In this document: positions 30,223 to 42,932 of the stretch, piece after piece
Numbering within the stretch: the first letter of the stretch is position 1
Layout: each line of letters opens with the position of its first letter
Assembly (NCBI GenBank): GCA_001643675.2
Contig: LSRY02000023.1
Location: forward strand, 682,001-746,000
Reading direction: 5' to 3'
DNA length: 64,000 bases
Source: Monocercomonoides exilis PA203
Lineage: Eukaryota; Protista; Preaxostyla
The notes under the pieces: generated by a model
Databases searched by the model: none
What the model saw: only the letters and a program-made list of their open reading frames with translations
Told to the model about the DNA's origin: nothing
Made by a program: the position numbers and the translations under genes

Positions 30223-32029
30223 TTTTTATTATTGTTACAAAGCATCTGCGTCACATGCTTTTTGACGTGAATATTTTTGGGTTGACGTGATGTGACCTGA
30301 TATATTTTTTATTCAATAATTAAAAAAAATTTGTCTTTCATCAAAAAAGAAAATGCTGGTAATAATTAAATTTTATTCTCAATTTTTTAATTATGTCTTT
30401 GGTATTAATTACAATTATTTTTGAATTTTTCAATCGGTTATTTTCTATTAATTGATGAAAAATGGGTTGTATCGCGACCAATTTTTTTATGGAATAAATA
30501 CCACTGCACTCACGTCACTGCATGTTACTGAAATGATTTAAGTTAATTGTCCATTTTTTCAAATATTTGTGTTTTTAACTTGTAAAAATGTTTTTAAATG
30601 GAATTTTCTTCTTGTCTTTCTTCTTGTATTTATTGTTTGTGAATTATTTTAGTTATTTCTATTTTCTTATTTTTTTCACTAAATAATTTATATCTTTGAA
30701 GCATGTTCTATTAATAGATGTGGAGCATACTAACGAAACACTTATATTTATTCAAACAATGGTTAAAGTTTAGAGGTTGAAGAAAACATTCGAATGAATG
30801 GGAGAGAAGGATCGCATGTGCGAGAATGTGCGTTGTGCTGTGTTGTGTGAGGCTACTGCCACAGGTGGAGTCAGGGGAAAATATACTGGGGCAGAACCTA
30901 GAGAAGCATGAAGCTGAGTTAGAGCTGGCAAGGAGATTCGGGAAAGAGGGGTCCAAGGTGGGGGTGCTGCTTAGTGGGCTTGTGCAGGACAAGGAGGTGG
31001 TATCAACAAAGCGAAAGAGCAAAGCTGAGAGTGAAGGTGTTGAAGGCATAGATGGAGAAGAAAGTGATGAGGGAGCAAAGGAGATTCACAATGGTAATGA
31101 AAGGAAAGAGGGAGGAGGAAGAGAAGGTGAGGAAAAAAAACAAAGCAATGAAAATGAAAGAAGTGATGGAGGATGAGAAGATGGAGAGGAAAAAGAGAAA
31201 GAGAGGGGAAGAGAGGAGAAAGTGGAATTTGAAATTAGAAGAAAAATGTAAATGGGAACGAGGATGAAGGAGGAGAATATGTTGGAGAAGGATTCAGGAG
31301 GAAGAAGAAGATCTTGCGCACATGTGATTAAGCACGTTTGGAACGGTGATTGTGGATGAAGGGCTAAAGCTAGTGTGGTTATTTCACTGAAACAATGAGT
31401 CGGGAAGAGGAGAAAACGAAAATGCAGATGGATGGTTGTGGGGAAATCTGTAGTAGAGGTGATATTTTTAACATAATCTTAAAAATTGAATTTTTATTCA
31501 TACTCATTTTTGATAGTTCTCTTGTGTCAATGTTTTTCTATGCAACTTATCAAATTATTTTTTTTTCAAAAATCAACTATTATTCATTTAAATGAATTTA
31601 TTCTGTTTTATTAAATTTTAAAAACAATTTTGTAATCCGAAGAATGAAATTTTTAAAAAAAAATACTAGTTGAACAAAAATAAACAATCAAGTTTTATCC
31701 TTGTTAAAAATGTGAAATAATAACTTTTTGAAACAAAAAATTATTCTTTAAAAACTTTAACAAACAAATGGAAGAAACTTGATGAATATTCGAGGTGTTT
31801 GCTGTGACTTTTCTTAAAGAGGAAAATAAAATAGAAATGAAGAAATATTTAATTGAGTTTTCTTGAAGTAAATTGATATTTTTTATTTATTTTGAGATAT
31901 TCATTAATTCTGGAAAGTCATTAATTTTGATTGTGTTTTTTAAAAAATTATAAATTCCACAAAAAAAAAAAAAAAAATGTTACTCAAGAAAAAAAAAAAA
32001 AAAAGAAAATCATGTATCGACTGAATGTG

Positions 32030-32560
32030 AGTTTTAAAAGACAGAAAAGTGTAACTTAAATGAGGCAACAACACCTTAATTGAATTTTTGTATGCTCCTG
32101 TGTCCTTAAGCAAAAAATTGCCTTTTGTGTCAAACTTTCAAATGTTTGTATCCCAGAATCTCCAAAATGTCGAAAGCTCTCCGCTCATCAGACATAATTG
32201 TTGTGCAATTTTTTGTGAACTTCTATGTTAATGATATGAGTGTTTCTCTTTTTTCTATTTGGTATCACGACAATTAAGTTTCCTCTAGCTTCCCGATTTT
32301 CTTTCCTCTCCAAGCCTCAAAAAATCCAAATTTGTTTCTTCTTTCTTCCAAGATGAAATTTTCTTTTCCTCCATATTGCTTCATCAATTTTAACAATTTT
32401 TCCTTCTCCTCCAATAGACATCTATTTCTCATTCTTCATATCAGAATATATTTTCCTGATGATATTTCCACAATAGCCAACTGTGTCTTCATCAATTAAC
32501 AGAAATATTGCAACAGTTTTGTTGGGTATTTTCAATCAATAATACAGGCAAACAAGCAGA
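32030..32560 (-). pseudogene. Merlin-like transposase relic
   Basis: Minus strand gives IGGEGKIVKIDEAIWRKRKFHLGRKKKQIWIF*GLER and TIMSDE. Confidence 0.8.
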
Positions 32561-32769
32561 GTGATATCCAATCCAATTTTTTTTTTTTTCTTTTTTCTTT
32601 TTTTTTTTTTTTTTTTAACCGATGATAATATATTTATGTGTGTGTTTGTATTTTAAATTTGTGACTGCTGAGAATTGTGATATGGACTTCAGTATTTGGA
32701 TGAACAAATTCAATTAAGTTGTGGTTATTCAATAACAATCTGAATTATTGTTTAATTTTTCAGTTTCAT

Positions 32770-32855
32770 CTTTTTATTTGTGGAGAAAAATCTATCGACA
32801 AAACTTTTTTTTTAAAAAGGGAGTGAGTTATTCATTATGGGTTCAGCCGGTTATT
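32770..32855 (+). repeat. Degenerate extra copy of the DIRS-like terminal repeat plus gag start
   Basis: AAGGGAGTGAG...ATGGGTTCAGCCG matches the reverse complement of 37500-37575. Confidence 0.6.
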
Positions 32856-33779
32856 AAAGAGAAGTGAACAAATGGATGAAGTGTTTGAACAACAAAACAA
32901 TAATATTGCTCTGCAAATAATGGAGTGCTGATGTGTTGTTGCACTCGGCAATAGCCTTTGGTTTGTGTTGGCATGCGGTTGTGACATCTGGAAAACGGCA
33001 CTCGATTTCTGCATCGGCTATCTCACTCGGCCATCTGCATCGGTTCTTGGAATGTGATTACAGTATATGTTATTGGTATTACTCTGGTGCAGCTTCGTCC
33101 TTGGCTTGGTTTGTTGATTTCTTGAATTATATTTGTGCCATATTAGCTAAATTTTTCTCTTTATCATTTTGTTTCCTCTTCTATCTCTCGCGTTGTTCCT
33201 GGTTGTGTAATGTTATATAAATGTCTTGGTATGGTGTAAACAGGAATGATTTGACCACATCTGTTCAGTGAGGTTATATTTCTTGAGAACAAAAAATTCA
33301 AAGCGATGTGAGAATTGACGCTCTGTGCTGGAAAAAGGTGTTGTTGATAGATTTTTCTCCGTGAATTAAAGTTCAAAGTACCTTTATTCTAGAGAAAAAC
33401 CGTTATCTACAACACCTCTTTATTAAGGGAGTGTTCATAGTTGGGCAAATCTTTCCATTTTCATATTTCAGTGCCTATATCAGTCCTTTCTGTCTCTGGT
33501 TCTCCTCTGGTAATTTCTGGTTCATTCCTCTTTACAGTATTATTGTCCTCTGGCTCTTCAACACTCGTTGGAAGTATTATCGCTTGATTAGGCTGTGTCG
33601 CTGGAAAAGTTTGCTGCGATGGAAGATTTGGGGAAGGCGCTTGTGTCGTAAAAGGTTCGGCTGTTGTATCCGCGTGATTAAGTGGTTGAAGCGGAGGAAG
33701 ACCAAACATTATGGAAGTTGTTTGCTGAGTGGCACAGAAGAGAATGCCCTCTATCTGTTTTGAAATGCGGCTCTTCTTA

Positions 33780-34700
33780 ACAACTGTGTTTTCATCTTGT
33801 TGGGAGCTGTCTTCCTCTGAGGCAAGGAGCGCGCGGGCCATCCAGCTTACCAGGTTCGCTATGAAGTTTGATCTGCATAGCGTGTGAGCAGTTGTTGATA
33901 GGCGTGCGTGCTTGGCGATGCACACCTCTGGGATCCCACTTGACAATAGTTTGGATATCGATGTGTGCTTTAATGAAAATGGTCGTTATTCCTCGGGAAC
34001 ACTTGATTTTAACATCCCCATTCTAACAAGTGTCCTTATTTCCTTTGTGGTAAGCGGTGTATGGTGATTTGTGTTGAGGAGGAATGTATCTCTTTTTTCA
34101 TTAGATGCTTTTTCTCAATCTCAAAAGGCTCTTGTGGCTCTTGCAAGGCATATTCGCTGATGATTCTCCTCTTGGAATGGAACTGAGATATATTCCATGG
34201 ATCTGGAAGTCTTATGTCTTGTGGACAGATAAATCGCATCATTTTCGAATATTGAGTTAGCCATTGATATCTGCTCAAGCTCATGGAATCGACATGACGT
34301 GAACAGCATAACCAGCAAAATGTTCTTTACCGTCAGGTCAAAAAAAGAAAGATACTCGTTCAGCCCGTGGTTCTCGTAATTTGACAGCACGATGTCTGAG
34401 CTCCTCATTTTTGTGTGCGGCTTTCCATGGGTCTGGGAAAATGAGAACGATAAGAATATTGTTCTAATAAAACTCACCTAACTCAAGTCCTTGCCATATA
34501 CCGTCTTGGAAAAGAGTGAAATCGCTGACCTTGAAGCACATAGGCAGGAATATATTCCATCTTTGTCTCTCAAGAAGAAAAGGCAATAAGACGAATTCAT
34601 TGTCTATTAATCGAAATATTTCTGGAATTGCCTCAGTTTCAACTCTTCTCATTCTCTGAAAACGTGAGCAAAACCAATGGAGTATGGTGTTCATGTGATC
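33780..34700 (-). pseudogene. Tyrosine recombinase remnant
   Basis: MLFTSCRFHEL, FSLKHTSISKL, AKHARLS; frameshifted. Confidence 0.7.
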
Positions 34701-34791
34701 TTGGACATGCTCTCCTTCGTCACGAAAATGATCCTATCTGGGACTCCGCAGAGCCTGAGGCTTTCACACCACCGTTTTTCTCCAACTTCTC

Positions 34792-35781
34792 TTACCAATT
34801 GATTGATGCTACCATGTATCCCCCGGGAGGCAGCGCTGCACCTGTTCTCATCACACCTGCTCCCGGGATAAAAACCGTTTTCGAGTAACTCCAAACGTTA
34901 TATTGAAACGTCATCTCTTCCAGCAAGTTGCTCCATATCTTGTTCTTCCATCTCTGAATAAGAATGATTGCTCTCGTTATCTCTGCTTTTGTTTTCTTGA
35001 GACTCGGAAGAATCAAGGGAATCGGGGGATGAATGAGCGTTGTGTTCATTGTCAAATCTGCCGTGAGACCGTATTGAGTAAACTGACTTCCTGCACCATG
35101 CCTAGTCTCCATCCTCTTGTTTCTTTCGTTTGCAAACGCGTATATCTCAGATGTCGCTCCGAGGGCTCTCTCTGCTTCTTTCAGACATTGACTCCTTTTC
35201 AAATTATATCTTGTGGCCTCTAACCTGAACGACGTTTCTGTGGTTCCATTTTTCTCCCCTGGAATTTTGATTGCTGTCATCATCAATTTTTTCGACTGAC
35301 ATATCGCCTTGATCTTCCTCAATAAAGGCAGGAGGTTGGTTCCCGCACACCACATGTAGATGTTGAACACCACACTGAAGTTGTCGGAGCGGAGAAGGAT
35401 CTTGCTCACATGGTTGTGAGTGATTTGTGATGAAAAATTGTTGAGAGCCAATAAACCTGCAAGGAGCTCCTTGAAATTGGATGTTTGGAGCCTTGCGATG
35501 TTGCTGAACTGTTTGTAAAAATGAAATCTCTCTCCTCCAATTATCAAGGTTGCTTTGCAAGCCCGTTGGGAAACATCTGTCACGTAAATGGAATCGGGCT
35601 TCGAGAAGTCCATCAGCTCTCTGCTGTAATTCTCCTTGAGCCTTTGAATCCAGAAATCCAGCTGTCTTTTTATGGATCTGTTCAAGAACGCCGCTCCTTC
35701 ACAACTATCTTTCTTTTCCTCCTTGTTCAGAAAATGGTCCATTTTATTCATGAATAAAGAGGGGTCTTTGAACACGAACAA
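34792..35781 (-). pseudogene. DIRS RNase H plus N6-adenine methyltransferase-like domain remnant
   Basis: YVTDVS, SNFKELLA, LRSDNFSVV, IPGEKN; then AFANERNK...IHPPIPLILPSLKK...AIILIQRW...W. Confidence 0.75.
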
Positions 35782-35817
35782 TGCAGTGCTGAGCTGTTCT
35801 ATGAAAGAAGCGAAGTC

Positions 35818-36573
35818 TCATGTCTTTGCAAAAATGTTCTTCCTCACTATCTTCATCCATTTGAAACATTCCTGAATCAGTTTCATGCGTCTCTGTTGTT
35901 CCATTGAGACTGTCAATTTGCTCGTATTCTTCATCCATCTGAGATAGTTGAAGTTCTTCTTGGGGAACAACTCGCTCTTCTCCCTGTTGATGATTAAGCC
36001 CAACTGTTGAAACCACTCGACAATATCTTGTGTTGCAAACTTCAGCTTGACTTGATCTGGATCCAGCAATAGGACATCGTCCAAGAAGAAAATGCACCTC
36101 ACCTTCCATCTTTTTCGTGTGTACTTTGTTGTTATTCTCATTTCCTTCGTGTAAATTCGCAGTGTGTCTTTGAATCCGAAGGGCATGCCTTTGAACCCGT
36201 GGTATCTTTCTTCGAACTTGAAGGCTAGGAATGCGGTGAAGTATTTGAGAATTGGAATCAGGAAATAAGTCTGAGAAAGATCTTGCAAAATTGCGAAATC
36301 TCCCTTCTGAATCAGCCTCTCTATTGTTCAATTGTCTTCCATTTTGAAATGAATATCTTTCATCGTAGAATTGAGTGGACAGCAATTGAGGATTTTGTGA
36401 TGTTTCCCTGTTTTCTTTTTTATGAAAAATATGTTGTTCAAGCAACAGACATCTCCTTCTTGTAACTGTGCTAAAATATCTGTCCTGAGTCCTTCTTGAA
36501 TCCATTCTGAACAAGCCTCTTTCTCTTCTCTGCCACCCAGGAAGCCTCTGCCTTTCTTTTTTTCTTGTTTCAA
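35818..36573 (-). pseudogene. Reverse transcriptase remnant
   Basis: IFFIKKKTGKHHKILNC, HFKMED, DLSQTYF, MPFG, FFLDDVLL; frameshift near 36300. Confidence 0.85.
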
Positions 36574-36632
36574 CTTTTCCCTTGCGGATCTCCCCTACCA
36601 AATCGGTCTTATCCCCTCTTCTATCCAATTGG

Positions 36633-37516
36633 TTACTCCAATCTTCTTCCATTCCTCGGTACAGGCTTGGGTGCGGCCCCCTCCTTTCTTCGAAAAAAAT
36701 TGCTTCTTGAGGAGGAACGAGTTGATCTTCCAGTTCCCGAGCTTGTTGATGTTGCCCTCCACGACCCAATTCTCCTTGTTTTTTGTGACAAGGATGAAGC
36801 AGCGCTCACTTGTTTCCGATCTGTTCTGGGCTGCAAAATCGTATTCATCCTCTCCAGCTGCTCTGTGGTCAATAACTTGTCATCCTTTTCTTCCTGAAGT
36901 GTTTTAGCAGCCTTGAAACCGAATTTGACTTTGACGCACAAGTGGCGTGCAGCTTTGAGAGCTGCGACTGTTAGCATCATTGCATCTCACTGGATTTTTT
37001 GTTCTTTTTCTGTTGAACCGAGTGTTGCCATCAACATCGCTTTCAAAGCAGGTGTCCATAAGGACACAGAGTTATACGTTCCTTCATCGAAAGCATCAGA
37101 AAACCAACTTTGAGATTTTGAATGTGAATGGGTTGTTGATGGAAGGAACGGGGGGATAGACAAGGATTCATTATCTCGCAAGGTCTAAAATAGATCTCCT
37201 TGATCAACATGAAAAGTGAATCCGAACTGTTCAAATTTTTCACGACGCGGGATTTGGCTGCTTCTAATTGTAGTTGCGTTGGTGAGTGAGATGGGATAGA
37301 TGAACTTGCTGATGTTGAGGTTGCTTTGGTTGTTGAGGAGATCGCTAACATTGCTGGGAATTGGGATCCTGGGGCATCTGTAGTTGGAATGGAGATGGGA
37401 GGCACCATTCCCATACCGCCTGTAGGTCCGCTTTGCTGGAATATCCCTCTCAGTCCCAACGCAAAACCTTCCAACAAAGTTGTCATTTTTCGAATTTTGT
37501 GATCGGCTGAGCCCAT
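36633..37516 (-). pseudogene. gag-like ORF1 remnant
   Basis: Lies between the 5' repeat and RT; broken into three ORFs. Confidence 0.5.
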
Positions 37517-37944
37517 TATGCAGAGCTCACTCCCTTAATAAAGAGGTGTTGGAGAAAACGGTTTTTCTCTAGAATTAAGGAACTCTGCACTTCAATTGGA
37601 TTATTATTTTTTTTATTTGCACTTATATTATTATTAAAATTAAACCGACCAACAAATGATATTTATAAATAATTTTTTGGTATATATAGAGCCAACGAAA
37701 ACTATCAAACCTTTCAATAATTGATTTCTCTTGATTAAAAAAGTTGTATGTTGTGTTTTTTCTTTATGTAAAAATGATATTGAATAAAAAACAAACATCA
37801 TCATTATCAAAAATTACTCATTTTTCTTTAGTGAAGAAAATAAAATTAAAAATTGAACCATTATAGTTAAAAAATGTTCCAAAAAGTATGCAATCATAGA
37901 AAATAATTCTTAAAAACAAGACACAAAAAACGTTGAGCAGTAAT

Positions 37945-38940
37945 TTAATATTTCGCGTAACTCCCTTTAGCTTCAATAACTGCAGACAATCTATCGTTCA
38001 TTGAAACAATTGTGTTATAAATCATGAATTGAAAACTTATTTTCCAATTTGATGTGAGACTATCTTTAAATTCTGAAATAAATGTTTTTGGGACACTATC
38101 TTCAAAAACCCTATTATTTAACATTTTCCACACATTTTCGATGGAATTTTAATCCGGAGAGTATGGTAGCCACGGAACAGTGTGAATTCGATTGTCTTCA
38201 CTGTATTTTTTCACCAGCTTTGTTTTTTGAAAAGGTACATTATCATGAACGAATCAACAGAAAAAGGGTCACTTGGAATCAGCTTGTGTTTTAAAGTGCA
38301 CATAACAATTTTCGTATAATCAATTGAATCTATCGTATTTTCTAATGTGAATAAATCGCTTTTGAAATCCATTCCAACTGCGTACCATGCCGTAAGTTTT
38401 TGTCGAGGTTTCTGACTCTGATGATCGATGGAAATAGGATCATTCAGTGGAATGCATGTCATCCTTCTGCCATCTGGACCATCAAGGTTGAATTTTTTTT
38501 CGTCAGCAAAACAGGTGTGATTCCATTTGTTATCATCCCTTAAATGGCACTCTGCAAAGTCTTTTCTCTGTTGTTTTGTGTAATTAGTTTCAAATGGTTT
38601 CTTTTTTCGCAGTGTGTATTTGGATGGAACATTATGCAGCAGTAATCGTGCTGTGGTAAGACCACAAGGGATTCCTGTCACCTTTGGGATATCTCCTACC
38701 CTGTGTATCAAATTTTCTTTCAGTGCTTTCTTGGCGATGAATCTGTTTTTTCTTGTTAGAAATGTTGGAAGCCCTTGTTCACATTTGAATATACTTTGTG
38801 TCATAAGTTTTTTTGTGTTAATGTATTTTGATACGGATTCTCTCGATGTTTTTGTTATTCCTGCTATTGCATTTCCACTGATTCCTTTTGCATGAAGCCT
38901 TTTGATTTCCAGCTGCTTTTTCAGTGATCGTAAAGTTTCA
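37945..38940 (-). pseudogene. Tc1/mariner transposase relic
   Basis: FADEKKFNLDGPDG, FVHDN, WLPYSPD*NSIENVW, SMNDRLSAVIEAKG..KY. Confidence 0.85.
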
Positions 38941-39460
38941 TGAAAAAAAATTAAAAATGAAAAAATCGAAGATAAAAAGGAACTAAATCCATATTATTTA
39001 ACACACATTGAATTCAGAATGCCAAGATTACTAACATTGATTTCTTCCATTATTTTATTAATGTCTTTTTTTCGATGATCAATAAAGAAACCAGTTTGAG
39101 GTTTGTTTACTGTTTTGTTTATTGAACAATTAATGAAATGATAATTACAAAATGAAAAGCGAAATGCTTCTTTTGTCTGGTCAACTTAAAAGCAAAATAA
39201 GTTTTGAACATTATACGATGTAAGTGAATACAAGTGTCAGAAATTTTCAATTTTTAATTGAGAAAGAAATCCAATTTTTAATGAAAGGATATGTGGGGAT
39301 TAAGTCCTTCTATTGAGCCTTCATGAGAAATTGGACTGAACAAATGTTTGTTAACCTTTCAAATTTTTATAAAAATTTAAATATTTATTTTAAATTCTAC
39401 AATGAGAATAAAAAAAACAAAAAAAAAAAAAATCATTTCCATTATATGAATGAATAATAT

Positions 39461-39702
39461 GGGTGATTCTTTTTGAAAAGTCACAAATGTTTAATTTTCA
39501 AATAAATCAAAAATTTCATATTTTGCTCAAATTTGTGTTTCAGCTCACAAATCTCCTCAAGAATGTTTGAAATAGCATTTTCAAGAAATAGATTCCATTA
39601 TAGTTAAGTTTGATATTTGTTGGCAAAATGTTAAGCAAAATATGAAATCTTTAAATTTATTCTGAAATAAAACATTTGTGACTATTTTTGAAAGAATCAC
39701 CC
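39461..39702. mobile_element. MITE, 242 bp, GGG...CCC termini, ATAT TSD
   Basis: About 70-bp imperfect TIR GGGTGATTCTTTTTGAAAAGTCACAAATGTT; ATAT on both sides; homologous (inverted) to 47054-47293. Confidence 0.9.
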
Positions 39703-39719
39703 ATATTTAAAGAAAAAAA

Positions 39720-40035
39720 AAAAGCTGAAGCGGTGCAGAAGCAGTTGAAGGAAGCTATGTTTTTATTGCATTTTACGAAATATTGTTCAAGATTGGAAAG
39801 GATTGCTTCTCTTGTGAAGGAGAATTGAGTCAGACTTGAGGAAGAGGTTTTATGTGAAAGTTCAGAAAGAAAACAAAGGAATACACTGTAAAGGCTAAAA
39901 AAGCAGGCAGACCTCTTGCAAAAGTTGGGAACCTACCAATTATTTGTGGCGAGAAAGAAAAACTATTCTCAGTTGAAGTTGCAATTGAATCTCGATCTGG
40001 GACAAGCCTCTCATTACGAAAAGCGGGCAATCTGG
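39720..40035 (+). pseudogene. pogo-like transposase first-exon relic
   Basis: AKKAGRPLAKVGNLPII...SLRKAGNL followed by a GTTTGT donor, similar to exon 1 at 43294-43617. Confidence 0.45.
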
Positions 40036-40317
40036 TTTGTGATAATTAATCCATTGGTTCATTTATCTGTGTTTTGATGTGAAATATTATCAATGATGAG
40101 GAAGATGATGGAGAAAAAGAAGTAACGAAGAAAAGAAGAAAAGAAGAAAAGAAGAAAAAGAAAAGGATATTGAAGAAGAATTGCCTTCAGAGAAAAAAAT
40201 AGAAAATTACATCCAGAAAAATGAAAAAAGGAGATGACGAAACAAGTGATGAATTTGACACATTTGAATATTTCTCTGTGACCTGATAAATCACTCAAAC
40301 CCTCGTCTGTCACTAGG

Positions 40318-40349
<32 letters not shown>

Positions 40350-40949
40350 TATTTTATTTGAATTTAAAAATACAAATACTAAAACTTCTTAAGACTTTTC
40401 AAAGCACTTTGGAGAAGATTTATTGATTGCATCTATAATATTTTGTTGTTTTTTCACTTTTCTCAGTGACTGTCAATGACAAATTGTGACAAAAAAATAC
40501 CTCAACCGATATTTCGTGTCAAATAAAATTAATATTGGAAACTTGATCACATAAATAAAAATTTTGATTTTTCAAAATAATAAGGATTATTTCATGAATA
40601 TTATAAAATTAATTATTTGAGTAATTAAGAATTATGAAATCGTTATTAATAACCCTCTTTGACAAAGCATAAATATCTTGCCAGTCATTTTGTCATTTTT
40701 TCAATTTTCTTTTGCCACGTCACAGTGACATAATTTTGTTTTTTCTAAAATTCCCATTTATAGTCATGGACAAAACCTGGGGAAGGGACAAAATTCGGGA
40801 AAGTCTAACGAAAAACTCAAAAAAGATAAAAAATGTTGAAGTTGTTAATAATGAAAAAAGCAAACAGCTTCCTTTTGCTCTTCAATTGCACTACGTTTTC
40901 TTTTTATGAAATGATGAAAATTTTGAATTAATTTAATAAAATGAATGGA

Positions 40950-42400
40950 TCACAAAGCCATAATGTTTGCTTTTTTTTCAATATGTCTTCTTTAACTTCG
41001 TTTTCAGAACTTTCAAAGGTTTTAGCCACCGCAGAATTTTGAAGATTTAATTCAAAAGTCGAAAAAATTAATTGTCTTCTTTCAAGAAAAGAGATTTCAC
41101 ACAAAAGAATTATTTCATCTGGCTTAGTTTCTTCTTCAGCTCTATATCGACATATTTCATCTTTGACACAGGGAAGAGATCCACAACATAATGGAAGACC
41201 GAATATATTTAATATCGAGGAACAAGAAGAAATAGAAGATTGTGCCAAATCTTTTTTCTTTCAACCGAATGAATAACATTCGAAGACATCATTCAAATTG
41301 TTTGATTTTTGTCAAAAATATTCTTTTAACTTTTTTGATGTTGTATTTTCAGGCTGAACACGTCAGGCAAAATAAAAACATAAACAAAGAAGACAACAGT
41401 GAATTGACAGAAATTGATGAAAAATGGGAAAGACGATTCATAATAAGGAGCAATGCTTTTCAAATGGGAAAACAAAAATCCATAGACATAAAAAGGTTGC
41501 TAGCATCATCAACGACAAACATTACAGTTTGGTTTTCATAACTGGGGGACATAATAAGAACAAAAAAAATTATGCACTGATCTGATATTATATATAGATG
41601 AAACAGGTTAAAGTTCATTATAATTGGATGACAGTCACATAATCAAACGATTCGATCTAGAAGACTTAATGCACCACTCACAACAACATCAGCTCCTGGC
41701 AACATTGGTCTTCAGAGTTTTTACAGATGGATCTTCTATTTATCCAGTGATGATTTGACCCTCCAAAATTGTTCCAATAGTTTTTGCAGAATAAAAATAT
41801 CAACGAATTGAAATTGTGGCTAACGGAAGAGGATGGATTACAAAAAAGGATTGTGAAGAAATCATCCTGAAATACACTTAACCTTCTGTTATAAATAGAA
41901 CTGAACTGCATGGATAGGAAGCATCTGCGCCAATTATAATGGATGTGTATTCATCGAAGCTTTGATGGAGTGTCATTACAAGATTTTATGAACATTATAT
42001 TGATATTATTATTTTTCCTTCGCACACCACATACTTGACACAACCGCTTGTTCGCTATGTGTTTGCGCAATTCAAAAAAAGACTGTATTCATCTTTTCAG
42101 CCTCCAACCGAAAGCGGAATATCGTCATATCGACAAGCTCTTGTGCCAGCATTGGCAGATGCTGTGAGTACTGCGCTTGACCCAAGAACGATTAAACAAT
42201 CGTTCTTTGCTTGTTGTATAGATCCATTTGATCCTTCCATTATTTAAGACCGACTGCTCAATCATTCTTTAATTGCAAAAATATCTTCAATTAATGCATC
42301 GGCCTGTGCTTCAAATGGTGTTTTAAACATGAAAGTTCTAACAAACAATGATTTTGTTCAGGACAACGAACCAAGTGAAGAAGGTTTAAAAAATTTCACT
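40950..42400 (+). pseudogene. pogo/DDE_1 transposase relic
   Basis: YIDETG, FTDGS, GWIT, FPSHTTYLTQPL.RYVFAQFK, RQALVPALADA; many lesions. Confidence 0.75.
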
Positions 42401-42932
42401 AAATTTGAATGAAATGAGTATATTGTTAATTTTATTTGATTATTCCGAGAAAAAAAAAGCGAATCCACAACCTTGAAAAACAATCTGCAACAGCAAATGT
42501 CAGAGAGGAAAGCAAACGACGAAAAATGTGATGGGAAAACAAAATTTAAGAGACCAGAACAAACTCGTGAAGAAGAAATAAATGAATCCTCTTTGTTTTC
42601 AGGAGAAAAACGAAAAATAAAACAAGTGTCTGTAACAAAATGGGGAAAACAATATTATTTCTGCTAATGGTGACTTTCCTTTTCTTTCAATTTTGTTTTG
42701 CAATGAATAGTCAGAATTTTTTTCAATTTATTCAGAAATATTCACATAGTCTCACATCAGCGAATGGTTTTTTTTCAATCGTGATATTGAATGCTTGTTT
42801 CATTCTGCAATCAAGAAAAACTTATATTGGGTCAGAAATTTATCTGTGCCCAAAAAATTAATCGGGATCAAAAATTTCTGGCTCTCCAGAGCACTTTTGG
42901 AAAAAATTAAATAATAGAAAATTATTAATATA

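Larger units (their letters stand above)
33363..37597 (-). mobile_element. DIRS-like tyrosine-recombinase retrotransposon, decayed
   Basis: About 70-bp inverted repeats (33363-33433 / 37528-37597) enclose gag-like, RT, RNase H, methyltransferase-like and YR remnants in DIRS order. Confidence 0.85.
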
